64,000 nt of DNA. Source: Chrysomallon squamiferum. Lineage: Eukaryota; Animalia; Mollusca. The stretch covers positions 4,526,001-4,590,000 of the forward strand of contig CM022676.1 of NCBI GenBank assembly GCA_012295275.1, given 5' to 3'. A program made the translations under genes and the position numbers. The notes below the pieces were generated by a model. That model saw nothing but the letters and a program-made list of their open reading frames with translations, was not told the origin of the DNA and did no database searches. Shown piece after piece: positions 40,691 to 54,158 of the stretch (position 1 is its first letter; each line of letters opens with the position of its first letter).

Positions 40691-42787
40691 AAAAAAAACC
40701 ACTGACATAACGACATCGTTACGTCGTCAGCGCCATTACATCTGTTACTCCGGCTACGGTTACATCTCCTTAACAAGAGAGGAACAGACGCCCCTGTCTT
40801 TGTGACAGAAGCTAAACAAATTGAACAACAAAAATGAAACGATTTTTTTTTTTTTTTTTTTTTAATTCGTTAACCATCCTCCTTTTACCGCTCACTTCTC
40901 TCTCTCTCTCTCCGTCTGTCTGTAAAAAATTTTAAATTAAAAAAAAAGATGCTACATTACAAAGAAACAATACTCTGATGAATCATAATGCACAGCAAAT
41001 CGAAACAGTTTAACAGCCGATGCTTTGTAAGAAGGGCGAAGCAAATTAAAAAGGTTTGCGGTTCAAAGATTTCAGCCTCCGTGTCCATTTGCGTAATTGG
41101 CGAAAGTTGTAAACTTACCAATGATGACTTGATTCTTTGTGTCTTCTCGTTTTCGAGTTAGAGGGTGTGTGTGTGTGTGTCTGTGTGTGTGTGTGTGTGT
41201 GAATTACGGTAATTAATTATCAGAAGAAAGGAAGGGGGTTTTGGGGTTGCCGTGGTTGAATAATAATTGGGAATTAATTAATTTTGTGTCACTGGGTTTT
41301 TTTTGTGTTATTCTTCTGAACCGTAATTTTTTTTATTGATGTAAGGTGTGGGCGAATTTCATTATGAGATGTTAATTAGTTCCAAACTGTTTAATGGGCG
41401 AATTTCTTGAAAGCACAAATACGAAAGAAAAGAAGAGGTTCATATATATATTAGTTTTGTTAAGAGGAAAACTGAAATCGAGATAAAATAATGTGTTTGT
41501 TAAAAAAATAACTCAGTAGGTTAAAGAAAAGAATACAATACTACATGATATATTGCTTTTTTTCGTTTATTTAATTTTAATCATTTATTTTGTTGTTTAT
41601 TTATTTACTTTCTTATTCACTTATCTATTTATTTATTTATTGTTTCATGCCTTTTTTTTATTCGTTTTTCTATGTACATCATAAATTATATATTATTTAT
41701 TTTTTATTTTTTTTCTCTTCACTTTTGTTGTAACAATACTTATACAGTACTATATAATTCACTGAAATTTCGTTATTTATATCTTTAGAATCTTAAAACA
41801 AATATATTCAGTTTAAAAATTTAAGCAGGTTCTTCGTTGGAAAATCTTCTCAAATGCATATGCAAGATACGTTGATAACGTCATCACTTTATATCTTTTA
41901 AACCCGTTAGCATTATAATGTCAAAGAAACGAAAATCTGCAAACAGTGTCAAAAAAAAAAAGAAGTGTAATCTCTGTAAATCTAAATTACAGCTTTTATA
42001 TCCTGTTTTCTAAAAATCCTTTAAATCTTCAAAATAAAACAAACATAGGAAAAAAAAAAGAAATTCTCAGACCCTAAAACTCCTTATGAAATCTTCCGAA
42101 ATATGACGAAGATGGGCGAAAGAAATTTTGCAGAGGAAGATAAGGAGAAGAAGAAGAAAAAAAAAAAAAAAATCGAGAAGGAAAATAAAAAAAAATAATT
42201 TAAAAAATCTGTGACGGTCACGGATGACTAAGCATGTCAAGATCATCAAGCGGACGGGATTATCGTTAATCGGCTGCGACAAGGATTACGTCTTTGTCCT
42301 ACGTTTTACAGATAATCCGACAACTGTTACGGCATCAACCCACTTTTGCGTCTCTTTATCCAGCTATCTGGCTGGCTTTTGTCAGATCAGAAACCTCCAG
42401 AATCACTCAGGAGAAATCTCTCACCGTGTCCTCACTATCAGAAAACTCGCGACTTCGTGTCAAACGTTCACACCTACGGAACGTAAAAAAAAATAAATCC
42501 GATGACTTTTAAAAAGATTCACTTTTTTGTTCTCTCTCTCGTCCCCTCTCTCCCGCAGTCAGAGGGGTGGGTGGGGGGTGGGGGATAATAGAGGTTTGTT
42601 GCATTGTGTTGGTGATAAATCCCAGAGGTTTGTTTAATGAGAAAGAATGGGAAGGAGGGAAGAAGAGGTTGGCGGGGGTAAAGGAATAAAAGAAATGATG
42701 GAAAGAGAGAAAGAATAAATAGAAAAAAATTGCAGATTTTTGTTTAGATTGAAATGCACAATTGGAAGGAAAAAAAATAATGTGATG

Positions 42788-42837
<50 letters not shown>

Positions 42838-42862
42838 TATTTTTATTATTATTATTATTTTA

Positions 42863-42935
<73 letters not shown>

Positions 42936-44901
42936 TAGTATTTAAACTATTTATTTATCATTATCATTACACCAAACGTAATCACAACTGCTACTACAAC
43001 TAACTACAACTACCATCACTAATTTCAATATTTACAACAACACTGCATTATGGACACACTATTACTACTTCTACTACTACTACTACAGCTACCACAGCTA
43101 CTACCACTGCAACTTTACTATACTACAAACAGTAACATTACTATTATTACCACCATTAGTACTACTACGACTATTACTACTACTACTACTAATAATAATA
43201 ATAATAATACTTCTACTACTACTATTAATGATGACGATGATAATAATATTGCGAATAATAATAATAATAATAACAAAAGTAAATAAATAAATAAATACAA
43301 ATGATAAAAATTAACAAGATAAAAAATATTTAAAACCATACACAAAATTACCGAATTTTTTATTTACAAAGTATTTGTTTTATGTAACTACACGTTTTAA
43401 AATCTGTCGCACGGAAAATTATAATAAACTCGATTTTAATAATGGGCGGGCTTAGATACTGAATAACAGCCATTCACAAATCATATGGGCGGGGCGTAAT
43501 ACTGAGTGATTAGATATACTACAAATGCTTCTCTGTATTGACAGAAGAGAAACAATGACGTAATTAAAGTAGACAACGTTTTAATCACGATATGTGATAC
43601 AGCGAGTGGGCCCTTTTTGGGATATATGTTTCAAAAGAATAAAAAACAAAAAAATAATTACGTTTTATTATTTTATTAATTTTATTTTTCATTATTGTTT
43701 TATTTTATTTTATTTTATTTTTTGTTTTTAATTAAATAAACTGAAATAAATAAATAAATAAATAAATAAATGTAAGAACAATGAACGTTTGAATATTATT
43801 TCCGTTTACTAAATTTTGAACGATATATAGTTGAAATTATTACGAAATTAATTTTAAAAAATAAATAAATAAATGGAATGGAATGGTAGACAGACAGACA
43901 GACAGAATGACAAATAGAAAGAGAGAGAGATCGACAAAAATAAAGTAAGAACAAAATTAAATCAATAAAAAAAATAAAAATAAAAAACGGAATTAATTAA
44001 TGATAAAGTTAATAATCACCCAAACAGGGCCTCTGTAACCCAGCCCCTTTAAAAAAAAAACAAAAAAAAAACCCTGCCCAATTAACACACAATCTCTTTT
44101 TTCTACCTAGAAGTGTTAAAAAAAAAAAATTAAGAAAAATAAAAAAAAAACCTGGGGCAACGAACCAATCTGCAATTTGTTCTCAAGTGCTGTTGTTACC
44201 TCACAGCGAGGAAGTGAAATGACAATAAGCGTGTTTTCACAATAGATTATTACTCTTACCTCTGACACCCAGTGAACGCGGACAAACGAAGGTAAATACA
44301 GATCACTTCCTACCTGCTGAGATTTCCATAACCTCTGTACGTACACCTCTCTTGTTTGCGTTGCCGGAGAAGGCAACCAAATTGGATGCCCTGTAGAGAA
44401 TGTATCGAGTACTCGCTTTAATAGACATGCCATCTTTATACGGGAAAATATTTTTGTTTTGATGTTTTTTTTGAATATGTTGCTTTTGTGAGCGAAAGTG
44501 TTTCTGCCTCGCGGGAATGTTGTTTGGGATTATTAAAATGATGTGCATGGAGGAGGAGGTAGTGGTCAATTAAGCTGACCGATGGTCAAGGCTGGTTTGA
44601 TGTGACTTGGTTTGAAATAATTAATGGGCAGTTTGGAAGGGAAATAAATAAGAGGTGGATTTGTGAATGTGTTTGTTTGTGGATACATGTGTGTTTGTGA
44701 TTGTATGTAGGTTTGTGTGTGTGTGTGTGTGTGTTGTTTGTGTTTGTGTCAGTTGATTTGTTTGTGTGTGTACGTGTTTGTGTGTGTCTGCGTGTGTAGA
44801 TGAGTATCTATGTGAGTGTATGTGTACGTTCGTTTGTGAGAGAGAAACAAATAAAAAGAGTCGGTGAAAGAGAGAAAGAGAGAGAGAGAGAGTGAGAGAG
44901 A

Positions 44902-44984
<83 letters not shown>

Positions 44985-45193
44985 CATGTTTGTGCGTGTA
45001 AAGGAGAGAGAAACAGAGAGACAGAACGAGCGTATGTGCGTATGTAATAAATAGATACGTTCGTTTCTATGAATAATTCACCTTAGCAATTATATATTTA
45101 TATTAATATTGTTATTATTACTATTACTACCAGTATTTCTGTTACAATCAATACTGTTGATTCTACATCTATTGTCAGTACTCGTAGTAGTAC

Positions 45194-45241
<48 letters not shown>

Positions 45242-45963
45242 CATCATCATCATCATCATTATTATTATATTACTAATTCTGCGATAACATTTACTAGAAT
45301 TAGCATCCCTGTATCGAAAATAATATATATAAAAAAAATAAATACATTACTTAGACAAATGTTAAATTAAATAAAATTAAGAATATTAATAACACATCAT
45401 CCCAATAACATAAAATGGTAATACAGGAATCACTTCACACACACAGCAGCCAGAGAGAACAAATTAACTACAGGGCGATAACTCGCACACTATTTGAGCA
45501 ATACGTACAATCTAAACGACATTATGATTGTTACGATAACAGTTTTGTTTACGCCACTCTGTGTCGATCTAAGCAGCAAGCTGGGTGAAATATTGCCAGG
45601 CAGATGCTCCTGTGACGTAATCCCCAGGAGCACGTGCGCGTCGCCATTTTTATTCCCAGCGGCGAAACGCTATCTGCGACGCAGCAGGGAAGGGCGACAA
45701 CTCCTTTGAATTTAATTTATTAATGTAGCGACGAAGTGTCTCCGGGAGGCGTTCAAAGAGACTGATTAGGGGCGAGCGTTTGTAAATTACTTGATGAGGT
45801 TTTCGGAGGAGACATTCCGCAGTTAGGAACATTTCATCAAAGACGTATTAATTGAAGCAAAGCGCTACTTCATTTGACTTAAGTCGTTTGCATTCCTGCT
45901 GTTAAAAGTATCAGTTGCTGCTGTTGGTTGTGTTATAGTGTTTATGTTATGTTAACTGTGTGT

Positions 45964-46029
<66 letters not shown>

Positions 46030-46089
46030 AAGACCAACACAGAGTTTATTTAAGTTTAATCCAAATAATATTTTGTATCCAGTTTTGTA

Positions 46090-46148
<59 letters not shown>

Positions 46149-47369
46149 TTCTTTTTCTCACTCTATACTGTTTATTAATTACATAATACGACGTCAGTAC
46201 AGCAGTGAAATAATGAAGAGTTCGCAATAATAAAAAAAAAATAAATAAAAAAAAATAGGGTGAAAAGAACGCTTTATCTTTATCATTAACACCATTTCCT
46301 CCTTTTACGTCATCGTCATCGGCACGGACAACGTCTTTTCCCCACGTCACTTGACTCAGTCAGTCCCACATAACGTATAACACACACATAAACCCAGAAC
46401 TGCGCGATTACGTAAACAACCACATTGCCTGCCTGTCCAGTGTTGCAAGAAACGCATCGGATATTTGATAAACGTCGTGTCAGCGTCGTTCTGGATATTA
46501 CCATATTACACCATCTCGCGCCAATCTCGTGCTTGTCAATGAGCCCAGTGAAATATAGACCATTACAAGAAGAAGAAGAGAAAAAAAAAAAAAAATGTAT
46601 ATCATTAACCTGAACAATATCCCACGCCTGGTTAACTCCCTTTGCATAAAATATAGCACGTGCTGTGATATGTGATATGGATGTTAGCAGCGGTGTCGTC
46701 ACCTGATCAATATTGTGACACAGTTACTTCCCCTTTTGCTTTAATATAACCTGTGCTAAATTAGGTAGGTGTATTTTTCAGCGAGTTATTCCATATTTGA
46801 TAATATATGGTGACTGAACAATATCTCTACTAGGTTACGTCCCTTCGATTATATTACCCAGCATATCAAATACACATCAGTCTCCTTTCAACACGCCATT
46901 TCGGCTTTAATAACGCATCTTACATGCGGCATCACACACACACAGCACGAACAATATTCCTACCCAGTTATTCCCCCCCTCCACGGTTTCTTGCATATTA
47001 TATACGCTCGGCATATTATTAGCGGCGGACCTTCGTCCGTTGCGTCATTCCGGTTCGGTTCCATGCCGCGTCCCAGACGGGGCCTGGTTTTATCCGCGCA
47101 TTTCACGCCTCGCATGCTAATGGTGACACAAATTTGTCAGAGCTCGCGCAGACACACGTCATACTGCGCGAGCGAGAGAGAGTGGAAGTCCTCTCTCTCG
47201 GCGACTGGGGCGTCTGGCGCGGGTGTTCGCCGCGGTTGTAGGTTGGTTGGGACGCAGACTGCGCGCGGAGTTGTTTAGTTTATGGTAATTGACCCGTCGT
47301 TTCTTGTCTCTTGACAGACTTAGCCTGTTAGTAACTGATATATACACAGATACGTCCATACATACATTA

Positions 47370-47374
47370 TATAC

Positions 47375-47405
<31 letters not shown>

Positions 47406-47415
47406 CATACATACA

Positions 47416-47451
<36 letters not shown>

Positions 47452-47790
47452 TACATATTTACATACATACATACATATATATACATACATACACACATAC
47501 ATAATTACATACATACTTACATACATATTTACACACATACATATATATATATATACACATACATACACACATACATAATTACATACATACTTATATACAT
47601 ATTTACATACATACATACATATATATATATATACATATACATACATACACACATACATACTTACATACATACTTATATACATATTTACATGCATACATAT
47701 ATATATACATACATACACACATATATATACATACATACTTACATACATATTTACACACATACATATATATATATATACACATACATACAC

Positions 47791-47833
<43 letters not shown>

Positions 47834-48060
47834 AATTTATTTAACTTATTTCAAACTCATCATTATTATTATTATTATTACTAGAATACATACATACATA
47901 CATTAATACATACATTATTACATTAGTACATTAGTACATATATACATACATACATGCATACATACATACATACATAGATAGATATGTGTGTAAGTATGAT
48001 GTAGGTATGCATGTATGCATTTATATATGTAAGTCTGTATGTATGTATGTATGTATGTAT
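47370..48060. repeat. (ATAC)n/(AT)n compound microsatellite with internal duplications
   Basis: Directly visible. ACATATTTACACACATACATATATAT is repeated. Confidence 0.9.
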
Positions 48061-48648
48061 AAATGATAAATAAACAGATTTTATTATTTTCACATTTCGT
48101 TTTTATACGTTTAAAACTTATTAACAAATTCCAATAATTTTAAATTATTCTTTTATTAACACTTTTGTTGAGCTTCAATGAAAATTTTTATCTCATTGGT
48201 TCGTAATATTTAAAAAAGCAAATTAATAATAAAAATAAATGTTGTAATACCTTACTATTACATTCATTTTGTTTGTTTATTAGCCAAGGCAAAGTGCACA
48301 AAAATATTATCGGAGAAAAAAAAAAAAAAAACAGAAGAAGAAAAGGAAAAAGAAATAGAAAAGAACAGAAAAGAAAGAAACCAAAAAAATAAGAAACAAA
48401 AAATTCTGCTTAATACCGAAGTGTAATATAACTTTCCTTCTCGTAATAAATAAAATAGATATTCTTTTAATTATTTAAATTATTTTAAAAAAAAAATAAA
48501 ATTGGAATGAACAAATATAAAGTAATAATAATAATAATAATAATCATAATCATAATAACAATAAGAAGAAAGAGAAAAAAAAAAGAAGAAGAAGAAATTT
48601 CATTGCAAGAAACCAAGTTTCGTCATAACTAATAAACAAACCCTATTA

Positions 48649-48721
48649 TTAACCCTTTGACCTAGCGCCAGCTACTCCATATTGTTAACGAGAACTAAAA
48701 ATAAAGACGAGAAAGGGTTAA
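48649..48721. mobile_element. Tiny piggyBac-like MITE (TTAA-CCCTTT…AAAGGG-TTAA)
   Basis: TTAA at both ends and perfect 6-bp CCCTTT/AAAGGG termini around a 65-bp element. Confidence 0.45.
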
Positions 48722-50027
48722 ACAAACACAGAGAGGAGCAATTATTACTCAGAATTATTGCATTCTGCTTCAAGTTAGATAACGAAATCATAAAAACGAC
48801 TATTAGCCTCACAATGGAACTCATTAAAAGCTTGCGAGTCATGTGACATCAAAGAAAAATCGACCGGTAAACACTCGAGAGAGAGAGAAACTATTTCCAA
48901 ACTGAACAAACCATTTTTTTTGTACACCACCACCACGAATCCCACACACACACACACACACACACTGGCCACGTGCTCATTTCCGGAAACAAGAGCGCGC
49001 CAGTAATGATACAGCAAGCGCGCGCCGGTGGTTTCAGTAATCGTCTGTTTTAATTGAGCAGACGTTGCTGAAGAGGAGACCCGCCACAATGGCCACCGCG
49101 TTCAGCCGCCATGTTTTTCAGCGGATAGGCGTAACTCCGGATCAGCGCTTACGTAACGTCGCGAGCTCTTAGCGCTGCGATGGTGCTAATTTCGGCTCGC
49201 CCCTTCCGCACCCCCTTTCACGCGCTGGCCAGAAGTAATAAGATTTGAGACCTGGAGACCAGGCGGCGAAGGAGTTGTTAGGTAACCCACTTCAGTGATG
49301 GCGACTTATGGCGAGATTGCTTTTCCAAGACCATCTGTCTTTCCTTTTCGTTTTCCGTTTTTCTGTTTTTCTATCTCGTCGTTGTCTTTCTGAATCGCAG
49401 CAAAAGAATGTGAGATTTGCTTTAAAAAAAATCCTACAGGGAGTGAGATTTGTTAGATTTCTGTCAAAAGTTTCATTTGCTAGTGGAAAATATTTTTGAA
49501 TAAATATTTTAGTAATACGTGTGTGTAACTGTTTTTTTTTTGTTTGTTTTTTTCGTTGTTTTTTTTAATTACTTTATCTGTTTAACTATGATGACAATGA
49601 TGATGATATTTAAGAATAAAAACTATTTAAACAAATTTAAATTATAAATTAACTGTTATATTATTAATAATGACAATTATTACAACAACAACATCAACAT
49701 TTTTGTCGTCGTACTTTCGATTCAACTCCAGTTTTCAGAAATTCTGGTTCGCCCCTATAATACGATTCATAGAATATTTGTAAGTTAATCAGATATTAAA
49801 TTCAGAAAACAATTATCTTGATCTAATCATTCAAATCCAATATTATTCCTAAAAAGAAAATGAAGATATTTCAGAATATTTACTTATTTATCTATTTTGT
49901 TTTGTTATTATTAGTAGTAGTAGTAATAGTAATCGTAGTAGTAGTTGCAATAGTAGTAGTATCTGTAGCAGCAATAATAGCTGTAGCAGCAGCGACAGAA
50001 GCAGCAGTAGTAGTAGTAGTAGTAGTC

Positions 50028-50060
<33 letters not shown>

Positions 50061-50143
50061 ATAGTAGTAGTAGTAATCGAATTAATCCTATTAATATATT
50101 TATCTATATATTTATTTTATTTATTTTTATTTATTTATTTTAG

Positions 50144-50453
50144 ATAAGACGCAAGTTCGGCTGCTATGACGTCATAATAGAAGTTGAAGGACGCGACGTA
50201 CGTCATTGTAACTGGGTCAGATTTGTCAAGTCGTCTACGAACACTGACGAAGTGAATATTGTTGGACTCAGCGTACAAGGAGATACCATTTTCCAAGCCT
50301 TGAAACCAATCCGCCCAAATGACGAACTGGTCGTCTTTTTCGATGTCCCTAGTAGAGAGGTTCAGGATCACCTTCGTCGGTCCAAGGTCCTGACAAAAGA
50401 GGGAGACAACTCCAGTCTTAGGACTGAAAGTGATAATGACTCTCCTAAATCTG
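50144..50453 (+). CDS. PRDM-family gene, exon 2 (C-terminal half of the PR domain)
   Basis: ttttag acceptor. Encodes IRRKFGCYD…HCNWVRFV…NIVG…IFQALKPIRPNDELVVFF (NWxRxV and ELxV motifs). Donor G|GTAAAT, phase 1. Confidence 0.92.
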
Positions 50454-50856
50454 GTAAATATATTTCTTAGTAAAGACAATGAAAATATTTCAATAAATAT
50501 TAATTGTGTGAAGCTTGTAAGTGTAATATTTCGAATTATTCATATATAATTTATAGATTTATGTCACAGAAAAAAAAGAAAAAAGAAATAGAAAGACATG
50601 GAATTTATGAAATAAATAAAAAATAAACTATATCAATCTGTCTCTATGATGGTTTGGTTAATATATTGTCTGTTTATTTGTGTGATCGCTTATTTGCTTG
50701 TTTCTTTATCTATCTGCCTCTTTCTCTATCCCTCTGTGTCTATCTATCTATCTATCTATCTATCTATCATATAATATAACAAAGGACATAATAAATAAAT
50801 ATAGAAATGTTTACTGTGAAAAATAGGTTGTATTTTATATAAATCTTCATTTTCAG

Positions 50857-51032
50857 ACAAAACTTCTTTCGAAATTTCTCCGATCGTGACCGACTCCTCT
50901 CCGACAATGGGTCGTGACGACGGATGCAAATCAGGTGCAAGTGTCACGTGCAGTGACGTCACGTCTAGTGACGTGACATCGAGCGATGACGTCAACAATA
51001 ATAACATTGTCCAGATGAAAAGCGAAAGAAAT
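50857..51032 (+). CDS. PRDM-family gene, exon 3 (S/T/D-rich linker)
   Basis: tttcag acceptor and GTAAGT donor. Phase 1 to 0 fits both neighbours, and the frame is open. Confidence 0.8.
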
Positions 51033-51259
51033 GTAAGTATTTTTTTATAAATTTATTTGCATGTTTACTTATTTGCTTTTTTGTTTAACAATTTTGTTTG
51101 TTTGTTTGTTTGTTTACTTATATATCGTTTGAAATGTTTATTTTCCTACCTTGTAAACATTTTGATCCCACATACACTGTTATTTATTTAATCTGTAATC
51201 TGTTGTTATTGTTGTTGTTTTTTCTTCTTCTTCTTCTTCTTCTTCTTCTTCTTCTTCTT

Positions 51260-51319
<60 letters not shown>

Positions 51320-51362
51320 TTTTTTTTTTTTTTAGTTATAATTTTTTTTTTCTTTCTTTCAG

Positions 51363-51510
51363 ATCTCGGATCATAGCACACAAATATATTCACCGCCAGA
51401 GGTCGCTGTGGTGAAGAGAAATCGTGAGAGAACATGGCTGCCGTGTGAGATCTGTGGTAAAAAGTTCGACAGACCAAGTTTGCTGAAACGACACATGCGT
51501 ACACATACTG
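51363..51510 (+). CDS. PRDM-family gene, exon 4 (zinc finger 1)
   Basis: Encodes CEICGKKFDRPSLLKRHMRTHTG, with AG/GT boundaries and phase 0 to 1. Confidence 0.93.
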
Positions 51511-51680
51511 GTAAATACGTAATTTGTCAGCGATACAATATTAAACAATGCCACATACATTTATAAATAAATAAATTTAGATATGTAAATAAGAAAGTAA
51601 ATAAATAAAATAAACAGTACTACTACTTTGCTACTACTACTACTACTACTACAAATAATAGTAAAATAACAATAACAATA

Positions 51681-51734
<54 letters not shown>

Positions 51735-52040
51735 AAGTAGTAGTAGTAAAACAGTAACAAATTATTTATAAGAATCATCCAAAATATAATCATTTAAAAA
51801 AAAACAATAATAAAATAATATAAATATTGTAACACACACACACACACACACACACGCAAAAAAGTATTTGTTCTTCATTACCACCACCATAATCATCATC
51901 ATCATCATCATCATCATCATAGTCAATGATATTATCATTAATGTTTAACAACCGCATATCCACTGAACATATGATACATATATTACTTATTTATTTATTT
52001 ATTTATTTTTATTCATTTATTTATTTATTTATTTTTGCAG

Positions 52041-52210
52041 GCGAGAAACCTCATGCTTGTGACGTATGTGGGAAAGCGTTCTCTACGTCATCATCTCTGA
52101 ACACCCACCGCCGCATCCACTCGGGAGAAAAGCCCCACCAGTGTAAAATATGTGGCAAGTGTTTCACAGCCAGCTCCAACCTCTACTACCACAGAATGAC
52201 CCATAACAAG
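52041..52210 (+). CDS. PRDM-family gene, exon 5 (zinc fingers 2-3)
   Basis: Encodes [56 protein letters not shown], phase 1 to 0. Confidence 0.94.
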
Positions 52211-52473
52211 GTTTGTTGTTGTTGTTGTCGTTATCAGCATCATTTAGTTGTTTGTTGTTGTTTTCTTCATTATCAGCCTCATTTATTTATTTATTTATTT
52301 ATTTATTTGTTTATTTTGTTGTAGTAATGGTGGTTGCTATTATTATCAGTCTTCATCTTCATCATCATCATCATCAACAACAACATCATCTGTTTGTTTA
52401 ATTTTTGTTGGTGATGGTGTTGTGTCTATTGATATCTTTACTAATTTTTTTTTTTTTTTTTTTTTAAATTTTC

Positions 52474-52531
<58 letters not shown>

Positions 52532-54158
52532 TATTTTGGTATTTATTTATATCCTTCTTCTTCTTCTTCTTCTTCTTCTTCTTCTTCTTCCAATAACATG
52601 ACTGCTGTTTCTTTTCATATTTGTTTTTTTCTTGACATTCTTCTTGTTTTCTAATCTTTTTCCATTCGTCTTACATTCTGTTTCCAAAAGAATCCTTTAC
52701 AAGGAATAAATAATGTAGTTTTTAAACTTATACTGAAACAAGATTGAAAGAACGAACGAACGAAAGAAAGCATGAAAGGAAGAATAGTAAAAATAAGGAA
52801 AGGATAGACAGAGAATGGATGAATGAAAAAATGAGATAAGGAAAGCATGAAAGAAAGAAAGACACAAATAAACAATAGAGGGGAAAAGAAGAAAAAGGAA
52901 AGTAACAAATAACAAAGTATTAAAAATATAAAGAAAAAAAAAAAAAAGAGCTACTGGAACGAAAGAAAGACAGAAACAACAGAAAACGAAAGAAAGAGAA
53001 AGAAAGAAATGACAGAAAAATTACAGGAAAGAAAAACAACCAAATAACAACGAATAAAAAATAAAGAATTACAGGAAAGATAACTCCATTTCCAACGAAA
53101 GAATGAGCAATAGGACGAAACACGCGGTAGAGGAAAAAAAAAAAAACAAAAAAGAAACAAACAAACAAAGAAAAGAAATGAAAAATTAAACACTCGGGTT
53201 CGCCAGCTTGAGCGGCGGGATTAACGAAGGAAGATTCCCTTGTCATTGCGCAACACGCGACACGTCAACAAAGCCCGACCCCCCACCCATCCTTTTTAAA
53301 AACACTGGGGCAAAAAAAAAAAAAAAAAAAAAAATTATTTCCGCAGGACTGGACACTGACTTTAAAACATCTGGGCACTCTTGACCCGTGGCCTGATTCC
53401 AACAAGACCACTGTCCATCAAGGACTGACGTTTGTTGTTAAACACTTGTCCACTTGACCTGTGATGGTCAATGGGTCTTTGCGCGTGCGGGGCATTACGT
53501 TAGGTACACAATTGTTTCCCAGTTTCTTTTGAAGGTCGAAAGTCAGCGATGAACCGCGTTAGGCGTTACGTCACGATGCGAGTTTGTTTACGCAATGCGG
53601 GGGGTCCCGAATGATGCTTTTCCCCCCCGTGCACGCTCGTGCGGACACACACATGCACGTGTGCAAATACCACGTGCAACGCTAAGGCGCCTGTATTGGC
53701 TTCTGTGTTTGAATACGAACATACACAATCATACGCAGAACTGACGTATACGAAGAAAATGTACACAAACGTAGATCAACATCTATTATCTGTATCTATA
53801 CATTTTTGAGAGTAATATAAATATAAATATAAACAAATGTACGTTCAATAATAATTAAAAATAAATGTAGTGTATTTTTCTTTTTATTATTTAATGTAAA
53901 TTATATTAATGTATTCGATTATTTTTTATTTCCTTTTTTACTCTTTTCTTTTAGTTAGTTGTTCTTATTTATTTGTTTGTTTATTTATGACTGTTATTTT
54001 TTCTTCTTTTCGTTATTTTTCTTTCCTTCTTTCTTTCGTTATTTATTTAATCCTTACTATCATCTAAATATCATTATAAACATAATGATTATAATCATCT
54101 TCATTTTAAAAAAAATTAAATATATATATATATATTTTTTTTTTTTCTTTAATTTTAG

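Noticed and set aside
40974-41010. Hammerhead ribozyme core (CTGATGA…CGAAAC); also CTGATGA at ~56169
   Set aside because: At 40974 stem II cannot form. At 56169 the GAAA element is missing.
47180-47260. RNase P/MRP or telomerase RNA identity for the structured island
   Set aside because: GGAAGTC has no matching CR-V/P4 partner, and there is no CTAACCCT-type template on either strand.
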